NCBI GenBank assembly: GCA_017445475.1
Contig: JAFSUB010000023.1
Coordinates: 3,574 to 67,573, forward strand
DNA from: Alphaproteobacteria bacterium
Lineage (GTDB): Bacteria; Pseudomonadota; Alphaproteobacteria; RF32; CAG-239
Direction of reading: 5' to 3'
Length of the DNA: 64,000 bases
Shown: positions 39,280 through 47,664 of the stretch, one piece after another
How the letters are laid out: each line of letters begins with the position of its first letter
How positions within the stretch are numbered: the stretch's first letter is position 1
Translations under genes and position numbers: made by a program
The notes under the pieces: generated by a model
What the model saw: the letters and a program-made list of their open reading frames with translations, nothing else
Database searches by the model: none
What the model was told of the DNA's origin: nothing

Positions 39280-39717
39280 TCAGAAAAAATTTAAAAACCT
39301 GAACATATAATATACAATTGCAACCTGCAGCGCAAGCACAAACAAAAACAACATCTGAAAACTTTTCTTTTTTGTTTTATGATGAAAAATTTTTTGCCCC
39401 AAATATGCGGCCGGTGTGCCGCCCAAAAGCTCCAAAAGATGCAGCTCGGCTTCGGGTGTGCGCCGCTCACCTTTTTGAGCGGCTTTTTTGTCTGCTCCGT
39501 AAGCCGCAAAAGTTGCAAAATTAATAAACACCAAATGAAACGGCACAAACAGCAAAAAACTTTGTTTTGAAAAAGGCTTGTATGCCAAACCAAACTTTTG
39601 TGCACAATATGCGCTGAGCAACATCAGCGCAAAATAGACCATAAAAAAGGCGTTTTTTTGCAAAGGCCTGAAAACAAACATCAACAAAATCAAAAGCGCA
39701 GCAAACGTTAAAACCAT
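39280..39717 (-). CDS. DUF1294-family small membrane protein
   Basis: MVLTFAALLILLMFVF...RTPEAELHLLELLGGTPAAYLGQKIFHHKTKK. GAGGA SD upstream. Its stop lies 1 nt from the ABC exporter start. Confidence 0.5.
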   Translation of the reverse strand: MVLTFAALLILLMFVFRPLQKNAFFMVYFALMLLSAYCAQKFGLAYKPFSKQSFLLFVPFHLVFINFATFAAYGADKKAAQKGERRTPEAELHLLELLGGTPAAYLGQKIFHHKTKKKSFQMLFLFVLALQVAIVYYMFRFLNFF

Positions 39718-39793
39718 ATTTTCCTCATCAAACCAAAGAAGAAGAACCTTTTTAACCGATTTTTGAAAAAAAAGCAAACAAAAACTTAAAGTC

Positions 39794-39822
39794 TTGACAA
39801 GCACCGCGTGTTCACATAATGT
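39794..39822 (+). promoter_or_regulatory. Sigma70-like promoter (TTGACA-17-TAATGT) for the STAS/anti-sigma-kinase pair
   Basis: gtcTTGACAagcaccgcgtgttcacaTAATGTatgaag, with an AGGAAGGA SD and the ATG 25 nt downstream. Confidence 0.35.
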
Positions 39823-39847
39823 ATGAAGAAAACAGGAAGGAAAAAAA

Positions 39848-40162
39848 ATGGAAGAGGATAAATCACTCACAATTGCGCAAAAAAAAGAAAACGACACATT
39901 ATACATCACTCTTAAAGGCTGGCTTGATCCGAACACATCGCCGATGCTGGTGAATGGCATTGACATTTCAGATGTGTTGCACGTTGTTTTTGATTTGAGC
40001 GCGGTCGAATATGTTTTTTCGGCGGGTTTGCGCGCTTTTATACAAATCAAAAGAACGATGGACGAGAAGAATGGTTCGATAACGCTTAAAAATGTTTCAC
40101 CGTCCATTCGCTCCATTTTCGAATACACCGGTCTTGAAAGCTTGCTTGAACCGCAACCATGA
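39848..40162 (+). CDS. STAS-domain anti-sigma-factor antagonist (SpoIIAA/RsbV-like)
   Basis: 104 aa with ...LDPNTSPML...VVFDLSAVEYVFSAGLRAFIQ... Its stop forms an ATGA overlap with the next gene. Confidence 0.7.
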   Translation: MEEDKSLTIAQKKENDTLYITLKGWLDPNTSPMLVNGIDISDVLHVVFDLSAVEYVFSAGLRAFIQIKRTMDEKNGSITLKNVSPSIRSIFEYTGLESLLEPQP

Positions 40163-40842
40163 TAAACGCACTTTGCTTATGGTTTAACCGACAATCTTTG
40201 AGCTTTAAGTTTTGCATCTTAAGCTGTGGATTGTTTGTTTTATTTTGTGTCATATTTTTTATCTTTAAAAACGTAAATGTTTTCAATGCTTTGGCTTTAT
40301 TTGGCGTTTTTATTTTATTTGTTATATCTGTATGCCTCATCTGCCGGCAAACGAACAGCCATTCAAGCGGCATTGGCAAAGAAAAAAAACAAACAACAAC
40401 CCATGCGAAAATTCCGGATTCCGCCTCCATTTCAAGCCTGACACTTGAGGCAAACAACAAAAACCTGCCTCAGTTGTTTGACTTTTTAACCGGTGATATG
40501 AACCGAAAATCGGTTGATAAAGAAACACAATTTAAGCTGATTATGGTTGCTGAAGAAATTTTTTCAAACATTGCGCAATATGCCTACGCACAACCCGGAG
40601 GAACGGTTGACATCACAACCCGCCTTTTAGCAGACGATTATATTGTTTGTTTTGCTGACGAGGGCAAAAAATTCAATCCGCTTAAAAACAAAACCCCAAA
40701 CATCAAAGCCGACATCAAACATCGCAACATCGGCGGGCTTGGCGTGTTTCTGTCAAAAAAACTTTCAAACAAAATAGAATATACCCACCAAAACGGACAG
40801 AACATCTTAACGGTTCATATGAAAATAAATAAAACGAACTAA
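40159..40842 (+). CDS. Membrane-anchored anti-sigma regulatory factor (RsbW/SpoIIAB-like HATPase_c serine kinase)
   Basis: Two N-terminal TM helices and a linker, then an HATPase_c core (N-box EEIFSNIAQYA, G1 DEGKKFNP, G2 NIGGLGVFL). Confidence 0.6.
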   Translation: MINALCLWFNRQSLSFKFCILSCGLFVLFCVIFFIFKNVNVFNALALFGVFILFVISVCLICRQTNSHSSGIGKEKKQTTTHAKIPDSASISSLTLEANNKNLPQLFDFLTGDMNRKSVDKETQFKLIMVAEEIFSNIAQYAYAQPGGTVDITTRLLADDYIVCFADEGKKFNPLKNKTPNIKADIKHRNIGGLGVFLSKKLSNKIEYTHQNGQNILTVHMKINKTN

Positions 40843-40867
40843 CGCAAAAATAATGAAATGCGTCTGC

Positions 40868-40887
40868 AAAATTTTTTCTCGCGCCAC
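40868..40887. repeat. 20-bp direct repeat aaaattttttctcgcgccac, left copy flanking the AT-rich islet
   Basis: Identical copy at 42422-42441. Confidence 0.6.
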
Positions 40888-41090
40888 GGCTTCGATTAAT
40901 TATCGCAACAAATAATTATGCATTTTTTGCTTTTGTATTTTATCTATTTTATGTATCATTTTCTTCATTTTTTCCATTTTCTTCTCCATACTATTTATTA
41001 TAAAAGTATTTATCTTCAAAAAATGGATTTCGGCAGATTGACTTTAAATCATGAAGATTATAAAATAGGAGAAAATTCAAGGAAAATATC

Positions 41091-41423
41091 ATGAAAAAAA
41101 ATATTCATTTCATTTTGCGTATCACTTTTAAGATAGTCATTTATTTTTTTGCTATAATAGGATTTTTAACAGTCTTTCTCCCACATGCTGATGAAAGAGA
41201 AAATTGTGCAGATGATGGCGGCGTATGGGATGATGAATTTCAAAGTTGCCGCTTTGATTGCCGTACATGGCAAAAAGAAAGAGGATGTGTTATGATATCA
41301 GATGAAGAATTAGAAGACTTTGTCAATGACTATTGTGCCCATGAAGGTAAAGGTTTATACAGGTGCACACAATCCGCTTTGGAATTATCTAAAAGAAAGT
41401 TTAAAAACTTACACGCTAAATAG
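41091..41423 (+). CDS. Small Cys-rich membrane-anchored or secreted hypothetical protein (islet gene 1)
   Basis: Signal-anchor IVIYFFAIIGFLTVFL, then 6 Cys in about 80 aa. AGGAGAAAA SD. Sits in an AT-rich context. Confidence 0.35.
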   Translation: MKKNIHFILRITFKIVIYFFAIIGFLTVFLPHADERENCADDGGVWDDEFQSCRFDCRTWQKERGCVMISDEELEDFVNDYCAHEGKGLYRCTQSALELSKRKFKNLHAK

Positions 41424-41478
41424 AGAAAGAAAAAGCACCTTTAGAAAAAAGGTGCTTTTTCTATTTGTAAATCTTTCT

Positions 41479-42267
41479 TTACCTTCTTCTACGTCGTCTC
41501 CATCGGTTATGCAAATAATCGAAATCATCTAACCACAATCTACCGTCGATATCATTGCCTTGAAAATTATTTTTTGTTGCAGCAGAAACAGCTTCAATAT
41601 TGTTCAAAGTATCTTTATAGCTATCACGCAAAGTCTCTCCCCACGGTCTATTTCCTTTAATGGATTTATCGTAAATATCTTTTACCTCTTTTAATGCTCC
41701 TCCCCCAAGCGTATAAACAGCTTTATCTAAACCATCTTTTGCATTTGTGTACATCCCATATCTGTGTGCATAATTATCATAGCCTGGGCTATTTACTTCT
41801 TCCATTTCTTCTTTAGATGCGGCTAATTCACCGGCAACTTCTCCCATTCTTATTCCAGGATTAAAATTTTTGAAATTATTCCATGTCATTTTTCCGATTT
41901 TTTCCATAGGAGAAAGAGAATTATCATTTTTGATCAAATCATTTTCAATATCAAGGCTATCAGGCATCCTTTGTTTAAGTTGATTAGCATATTCCAAAGC
42001 TTTTCGCCTTTTCGCATCCTCATCATCAAAATCGTCATATTCCTCATCACCTTCCAAAGCATCAAATTTTGCCTTTAATTCTTGTCTCAAATTCATATTT
42101 GATGTGTCAATGTTTGCAAACGGATTTGATGTTTTAGACTTGTCGTGTATCGGACTTTGAAATTGCTTTTCAAGCTCCTGACGGAGAGTCCAATCGGCCG
42201 GATTTTCAAAATTGTTTTCTTCTTCATCTTCTTCCCAAGGGTATTTTTTCCTCTTAAATAATCTCAT
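41479..42267 (-). CDS. Highly charged hypothetical protein with a serum-amyloid-A-like core motif and a poly-Arg C-terminus (islet gene 2)
   Basis: ...KMTWNNF...NSPGYDNYAHRYGMYTNAKDG... versus vertebrate SAA ...DMWRAY...[21 protein letters not shown]. Acidic N-terminal half and C-terminus RWRRRRRR. Confidence 0.4.
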   Translation of the reverse strand: MRLFKRKKYPWEEDEEENNFENPADWTLRQELEKQFQSPIHDKSKTSNPFANIDTSNMNLRQELKAKFDALEGDEEYDDFDDEDAKRRKALEYANQLKQRMPDSLDIENDLIKNDNSLSPMEKIGKMTWNNFKNFNPGIRMGEVAGELAASKEEMEEVNSPGYDNYAHRYGMYTNAKDGLDKAVYTLGGGALKEVKDIYDKSIKGNRPWGETLRDSYKDTLNNIEAVSAATKNNFQGNDIDGRLWLDDFDYLHNRWRRRRRR

Positions 42268-42421
42268 TTGTTTTTATCTCCTCTAAATTATTATATATTT
42301 CTTATATATTATAGCATATTTCCTATTGTTCTTGTCAAGTATGTGGATAACTCAAAGAGATGGTAATCATATCAAGGATTTGAGAAGTGTTTTGTTTAAG
42401 AAAAAGAAGAAAAATATTCAA

Positions 42422-42441
42422 AAAATTTTTTCTCGCGCCAC
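42422..42441. repeat. 20-bp direct repeat aaaattttttctcgcgccac, right copy
   Basis: Matches 40868-40887. Confidence 0.6.
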
Positions 42442-42444
42442 ATT

Positions 42445-42549
42445 CCCGCTCGCCTTTCGCTTGATTCCGAACTCACCTCTTGTGCGTTCTCACCCCGCCT
42501 GATGTGCCAACAAAAAAAGCCTCTATTCGGAGACTTTTTTTATTGGCGG
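42445..42549. repeat. About 105-bp repeat unit (cccgctcgcctttcgcttgattccgaactcac...terminator hairpin...tattggcgg), copy a
   Basis: Near-identical to 42788-42890. Contains the terminator hairpin aaaaaagcctctattcggagacttttttt. Confidence 0.55.
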
Positions 42550-42618
42550 TCTAGCTTTCTAAAACGCTTGCTGCGCCAAAGGCTTGCAACCGTCTAAAAA
42601 AGCGTCGGTCACTAGATT

Positions 42619-42665
42619 TGTAACATTTGCCGCGCTTCGCTGCCGCCTGCTTGCAAATGAACAAA
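42619..42665. repeat. Conserved tRNA-associated element, copy 2 (tgtaacatttgccgcgcttcgctgccgcctgcttgcaaatgaacaaa)
   Basis: Homologous to 13013-13060 beside tRNA-Lys. Confidence 0.5.
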
Positions 42666-42689
42666 TCGTCGCCGCGCTCAATAAAAAAA

Positions 42690-42712
42690 CCACCGGTAAG
42701 GTGGTTTTTTTA
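42690..42712 (-). terminator. Terminator hairpin (aaaaaaaccaccggtaaggtggttttttt)
   Basis: GC stem flanked by A-run and T-run. Confidence 0.4.
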
Positions 42713-42713
42713 T

Positions 42714-42732
42714 TGGCGCGCCCGGCGGGATA
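42714..42732 (-). repeat. Duplicated 19-nt fragment of the tRNA-Arg 3' end (tggcgcgcccggcgggat)
   Basis: Identical to the first 19 nt of the genuine tRNA-Arg 3' end at 42886-42904. It lies about 170 bp beyond the tRNA and directly after a terminator hairpin. Confidence 0.5.
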
Positions 42733-42787
42733 GGCTCGGACTGGCCTCGCCATCTGCGCTCATCGGCTCCTCGCCGACCGGCGTGCT

Positions 42788-42890
42788 CCCGCTCGCCTTT
42801 CGCTTGATTCCGAACTCACTGTTGTGCGTTCTCACCCCGCCTGATGTGCCAATAAAAAAAGCCTCTAAAAGGAGGCTTTTTTTATTGGCG
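42788..42890. repeat. About 105-bp repeat unit, copy b (ends in the tRNA-Arg terminator and tRNA 3' end)
   Basis: Matches 42445-42549. Confidence 0.55.
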
Positions 42891-42962
42891 CGCCCGGCGG
42901 GATTCGAACTCACAACCTTCTGATCCGTAGTCAGATGCTCTATCCAATTGAGCTACGGGCGC
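42886..42962 (-). tRNA. tRNA-Arg (anticodon ACG)
   Basis: Reverse complement GCGCCCGTAGCTCAATTGGATAGAGCATCTGACTACGGATCAGAAGGTTGTGAGTTCGAATCCCGCCGGGCGCGCCA. Anticodon loop CTACGGA, GTTCGAATC T-loop, encoded CCA. Confidence 0.9.
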
Positions 42963-43033
42963 ATCGGATTTTTCCTTATTACCTCAAAATATTTTGATTT
43001 GCAAGCGTTATTTTCAGATTTTTTCTTATTTTT

Positions 43034-43900
43034 TTATATTGCAATACCAAATCTATCCGCAACATACTTTTCAACAGTTATTTTGGCGCGTTTTATCAAA
43101 CTTTCCTCAACGCCCACCTTTGCCAACATATCATAAAAAGCCGCAAACAAATTAAGCCTTTTGCAATACAAAATACTGTATTCATAGTTCATATCAAACA
43201 CCCAACAAAAGATAGAAAGAACCGTTTCGGCGTTTGTTCTTCTCAGCTTATTCGGGCTAACCCGACACGAAAAGAAACAATCCAGCAACAAAGGATTTAT
43301 CTTGCTTTGAACTTTGCTTTGATCATCGGGATGAGGCAACCATACATGACGAATATCGTCAAAGCCTTGCGAACAAACCAAATTCCAGTTTGCAATTTTA
43401 TCCGCATCACGCACGGCAAAAGCAATATGTTTCACCTCGTCTTTTGTTTGCTCATCAAGCGACAAATATTCTTCATCAGCGTAAAGTTCTTCAATCATAT
43501 GTCCGTGATGTTTAATGGGAAGCGTAATCAAAATATTGTTAAAATCCGGCACTGTTTTCAAAAATTTAGCACCCTCAATGCTGTGGTCAATTTTTTGCCC
43601 TGTCTCAAACCAGCCGCGCACTTCCCTAAAACGATAAACGTCATGCAGCAAAATCGCTGTTTTTGCAATTTCGATAAATACGGCGGATTTGTCTTGAAAG
43701 TATGGCTCATGAGCTAAAATTCCGTTGCCTGCGCCGGCAACCTGAAATGAATGTTTGATTTTTTCATCGACAAAGGCCTTATGAAAAGCGCTTTGCCGAA
43801 CAGCATCAAAGCTTTGATGATATTCCTGCCACAAAAGAGCCTTTGCTTTGTCGTATAAGCTGTCGTTCATATCAAGTCCGTTCTTTTTAAAATCCGGCAA
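43034..43900 (-). CDS. Hypothetical protein, possibly HD-domain-like phosphohydrolase
   Basis: 288 aa with His/Asp-rich motifs (ILLHDVYRF, IKHHGHM). Assignment is weak. Confidence 0.3.
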   Translation of the reverse strand: MPDFKKNGLDMNDSLYDKAKALLWQEYHQSFDAVRQSAFHKAFVDEKIKHSFQVAGAGNGILAHEPYFQDKSAVFIEIAKTAILLHDVYRFREVRGWFETGQKIDHSIEGAKFLKTVPDFNNILITLPIKHHGHMIEELYADEEYLSLDEQTKDEVKHIAFAVRDADKIANWNLVCSQGFDDIRHVWLPHPDDQSKVQSKINPLLLDCFFSCRVSPNKLRRTNAETVLSIFCWVFDMNYEYSILYCKRLNLFAAFYDMLAKVGVEESLIKRAKITVEKYVADRFGIAI

Positions 43901-43918
43901 AAAGCCGGGCTTTTTTTG

Positions 43919-44230
43919 TTATTTATGGCTGTCGAGCCATGAAGAAATGGTGGCTTCCGATGAAAACCCGACTTTAGAGTCAATCTGCTTTCCGTCTTTG
44001 AACAAAAACATACTCGGGATGCTTCTAATAGAAAAAGAAGCGGCAGTCGAAGGAGCTTCATCAACATTCACTTTGCAAAACTTAACATCGGGAAACGCTT
44101 TGGAAACATCTTCCAAAACGGGACCGAGCTGTCTGCACGGGCCGCACCATTCCGCCCAAAAATCAACCAAAACCAAACCCTTTGCATCCAAAACTTCGGC
44201 TTTAAAATTATTTTCATTAAGCGCTAACAT
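43919..44230 (-). CDS. trxA: Thioredoxin
   Basis: ...VLVDFWAEWCGPCRQLGPVLE... (WCGPC active site). 103 aa, downstream of addA as in many alphaproteobacteria. Confidence 0.9.
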   Translation of the reverse strand: MLALNENNFKAEVLDAKGLVLVDFWAEWCGPCRQLGPVLEDVSKAFPDVKFCKVNVDEAPSTAASFSIRSIPSMFLFKDGKQIDSKVGFSSEATISSWLDSHK

Positions 44231-44319
44231 TTTTTTCTCCTTATTATCTTACTCTTTCTTTCATATAATGTTTGTGTTTGAAATATTAAAGCCAAAAAAT
44301 TTGACGGGCAACCAAAATT

Positions 44320-47300
44320 TTAAATTTTCATCAACTTTAGGGTGTTGGTCCATAAAATGTATGTTTCAATTTGTTTTTCAGGATAAATCCGCGACAAGAG
44401 TTTTCGGTAAGTTTCAAGCTGTTTCACATATGCTTGGGGCACATTTTCAAAAGTGGCGGCAGCAGGTCGGTTTGTTTTGAAATCAACAATCAAAACCTTA
44501 TGCGGCATAACAACAAGGCGGTCTATTTGGCCTGAAACAATATGGCCGTCAACCATACCCATAACGGGAACTTCCGCCCGCGCCTCAGATGAAAACAAAA
44601 ACGAAAACTCCGGCGTTGCAAACAAGTTCAAAATTTCGGCTTTAATATCTTGGCAAAAAGTTGCACAAACGTCTTTTTGTTTTGAAAGATACGCATCAAT
44701 CAGTTTTTTTGCATAAGATATGTCAGAGCAGTTTTCCAAAAGCTGCAAAAGTTTATGAATAAGTGTGCCGCGCTTATAATAAAATCCGTTATCGCAAAGC
44801 GGCGACGCCACCGGTTCACAATCGCTTTCTTCCATATGCGAAGGGGAAAAAGGCTTGTTTAAAGCCGGTTCTTTGGGCGCTTTTTGATAAGCGAAAGAGG
44901 TGTCTTTGGCGGCTGTTTTTTGAACCTCTTTTATTTCCTCGGCTTGCGGCAAAACAAGTTGCGGCGTTTGCCTGACAAATGCGCCGTTTTGCTTTTCTGT
45001 GAAAGTTTCCATCGCTCTTTGACAAAGGTAAAACCAGTTTTTGAAACTCTCTTTTTGTTTGCCGTATGCGGCAATATAAAGCCTGTCTTCGGCGCGCGTT
45101 AGCGCAACATACAAAAGCCTTCGATATTCATCATAATTTTTTTCCGCCTCATGTGCATAAACATTTTCGCAATTTTGATTATAATCATCGGCAGAAAGCG
45201 GAAAATAAACCATATTTTCTTCAAAAAGCGCGCCGCGCTGACGCCGCAAATACGGCTCGCGCAGTGTGTCGGGCAAAACAACAATCGGCGCCTGAAGCCC
45301 TTTTGAGCCGTGAACGGTCATAATACGAACCGAATCTTCTTCACTTTGTTCAAGTTCACGTTTAACTTCCGTTTTAAACGAGCCCATCCACGCCACAAAA
45401 TTTTGCAAATTTGCAACGTGATTTGCCTCAAACGAAAGCGTTAAATTCATAAATTCGTCTATGGCATCTTTGGCCTGCCGACCAAGCCTTGCAAAAAACT
45501 TTTTTCTACCTTCGAAAACATCTAAAACCAAACTGAAAAGCTCAAAAGGGCGATTTATATCGGCAAAAAGCAAAAGAGAACTTAAAAATACTGTTATATC
45601 GGCATATTTTTCGTTTTGTTTTACTCTTTGCCAAAGCGACATTTCACCGCGTTTATAGCAAAGCTCAAACAAATTGTCATCATTCAAACCGAAAAGCGGC
45701 GATTTTAAAACTTCCGCCAAGCTCAAATCATCGCTCGGCAAAAGCAAAAACTTTGCAAGCGAAAGCAGGTCTTCAACCACAATCTGGTCCATCAATTTAA
45801 GCCGATCGGCACCGGCAACTTCAACGCCGATTTTTTTTGCTGCCTTGATAAACTCGTCAATAAAAGCATTGCGCCGTTGCACAAGAATCATAAAATCCTT
45901 ATATTGCGCAGGTCTGCCTTTTGAGGGCAAAAACGTTTTTGCCTCGACAAGCCGCTTAATTTCAATGGCAATTTTATCGGCAAGCTTTGAGCGCGCCGAA
46001 ACTTTTGTTTGAAATTTCACGGGAAGCTCCCAAATATCGTGTTTTTCATCTTTGGCTTCTTCAACAAGTTCCCACATTTCAACTTTTGAAGCCTGCCCGA
46101 TTCGATAGGCAATATGCGCCACTTTTTGATTTTCATAAACCAAACCTTTGGCCGCATCATCAAAAGAAAACACGGCATTAACGGTGTCCAAAACGGCCTC
46201 TGTCGAACGAAAAGAAACGTCTAAATGAACGGTTTTAAAATCGGGAACATTTTTTTCGTAAAACCGCCGCATTTCATCAAACTTTTCGGGCACAGCCCCC
46301 TGAAAGCGATAGATAGATTGCTTTTTATCGCCGACGGCAAAAACCGTGCGCGCCGTTTGCGATTGACCGAGTCCCGAAAAAAACTCATCGGTTAAAGCGC
46401 GCACAATTGCCCATTGATTTTCGGAGGTGTCTTGCGCTTCATCAATCAAAATATGATCAACCCCTTGGTCGAGCTTAAACAAAACCCACGCGGCGATATC
46501 CGGTTTTTCAAGCAGATTTTTAACCAAAACAATCAAATCTTCATAATCAAGACACGCGTTTGCAAGCTTGTAAGCGCGATATTTTTCAATCAAATGCTCG
46601 GCAATGGTAAAAACGGCTTTTGTTGTTTGATAAATCCTGATGTTTTTCAAAATCTCAATTTGCGCCTTAACGCGCTCGGCTTCCAAAAACATATGGTTTT
46701 CAATGCTTTCAAAGGCTTTAACAGCATCTTTATGGGCAAGGGTTTCAAGCGTTTCGCCGTTTTGCGTTAAAAAAACGCGACGGTAAACATCAAAATCAAA
46801 ATTTTTGAGGCAATCACAAAGCAACACGCCGTGTTCTTTGTCTTTTTTCGAACCTTGAAGAAGTGCCTCTGCGCATTTTTTCATCAGCGATTTGTCAATT
46901 TGACTTTCAAACAGCTTGAGCGATTCTTCTCTTGACGGCTCGCTTTTAAAGCCGAGCTTCTTTGAAAGCGCGCTCAAAAAAGCGGCCTGATTTTTGAAAG
47001 CCGAAATAACTTTAATAAGTTTCGTGCGTTCTTTTGCAAGAACGGACAGCAGATCTTTGAAAGAAAATTCTTCCATATTCTGCGTCAAAAACAAAACGGC
47101 CTCTCGCAAATCGGGTGCTTCGAAACGCTCCATTTCAAGCAAAACTTTCTTGCTTAAATTAGAAAGGGCCTCCGAAGTTTGTTGTTCGTCCATCACTTCA
47201 AAATAGGGCGGCACACCGGCCTCAATCGGAAAGCGCTTTAAAATTTCCTGGCAAAAGCTGTGTATGGTTTGAATTTTAAGCGGCACGGGCGCATCTAAAA

Positions 47301-47664
47301 TTTTTGCAAACAATGTGCGCGCCTTTGTTTTAAGCTCATTATTGTTTTCCGCATTCAAGTGGCCGTAAAGCTGATTAAGCTCATCTTCCAAATCGCAGTC
47401 TTTTTCAACCACCCATTTTGAAAGTCTTTCATAAATGCGGCTGTTCATTTCCACTGCGGCCGCTTTGGTGTATGTCAAACACAAAATTTTAGAAGGTGCG
47501 ACATCATCAAGCAAAAGCCTCAAAACCCTATCGGAAAGAACCATTGTTTTGCCGGTTCCGGCCGAAGCCTCAACCCAAACCGACAGCTTCGGATTTGAAG
47601 CCAACGTTTGTTGCCGGTTTGCTTTGTCTTTCAAAAACTTTTTTTTGGCCTCAAAATCACTCAT
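44320..47664 (-). CDS. addA: Double-strand break repair helicase/nuclease AddA (UvrD-like helicase + PD-(D/E)XK nuclease)
   Basis: MSDFEAKKKFLKDKANRQQTLASNPKLSVWVEASAGTGKTMVL..., UvrD motifs, and a C-terminal nuclease motif ...VDGHIVSGQIDRLVV...VLIVDFKTN. Its start overlaps the addB stop by 8 nt. The track start at 47844 is an upstream extension. Confidence 0.85.
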   Translation of the reverse strand: MSDFEAKKKFLKDKANRQQTLASNPKLSVWVEASAGTGKTMVLSDRVLRLLLDDVAPSKILCLTYTKAAAVEMNSRIYERLSKWVVEKDCDLEDELNQLYGHLNAENNNELKTKARTLFAKILDAPVPLKIQTIHSFCQEILKRFPIEAGVPPYFEVMDEQQTSEALSNLSKKVLLEMERFEAPDLREAVLFLTQNMEEFSFKDLLSVLAKERTKLIKVISAFKNQAAFLSALSKKLGFKSEPSREESLKLFESQIDKSLMKKCAEALLQGSKKDKEHGVLLCDCLKNFDFDVYRRVFLTQNGETLETLAHKDAVKAFESIENHMFLEAERVKAQIEILKNIRIYQTTKAVFTIAEHLIEKYRAYKLANACLDYEDLIVLVKNLLEKPDIAAWVLFKLDQGVDHILIDEAQDTSENQWAIVRALTDEFFSGLGQSQTARTVFAVGDKKQSIYRFQGAVPEKFDEMRRFYEKNVPDFKTVHLDVSFRSTEAVLDTVNAVFSFDDAAKGLVYENQKVAHIAYRIGQASKVEMWELVEEAKDEKHDIWELPVKFQTKVSARSKLADKIAIEIKRLVEAKTFLPSKGRPAQYKDFMILVQRRNAFIDEFIKAAKKIGVEVAGADRLKLMDQIVVEDLLSLAKFLLLPSDDLSLAEVLKSPLFGLNDDNLFELCYKRGEMSLWQRVKQNEKYADITVFLSSLLLFADINRPFELFSLVLDVFEGRKKFFARLGRQAKDAIDEFMNLTLSFEANHVANLQNFVAWMGSFKTEVKRELEQSEEDSVRIMTVHGSKGLQAPIVVLPDTLREPYLRRQRGALFEENMVYFPLSADDYNQNCENVYAHEAEKNYDEYRRLLYVALTRAEDRLYIAAYGKQKESFKNWFYLCQRAMETFTEKQNGAFVRQTPQLVLPQAEEIKEVQKTAAKDTSFAYQKAPKEPALNKPFSPSHMEESDCEPVASPLCDNGFYYKRGTLIHKLLQLLENCSDISYAKKLIDAYLSKQKDVCATFCQDIKAEILNLFATPEFSFLFSSEARAEVPVMGMVDGHIVSGQIDRLVVMPHKVLIVDFKTNRPAAATFENVPQAYVKQLETYRKLLSRIYPEKQIETYILWTNTLKLMKI

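Noticed and set aside
42341-42349. Perfect DnaA-box 9-mer (TGTGGATAA) near the islet, and a TTATCCCAC-like sequence upstream of dnaN at about 12429
   Set aside because: Isolated single boxes occur by chance and there is no cluster or AT-rich unwinding element. This is not evidence for an origin in this window.
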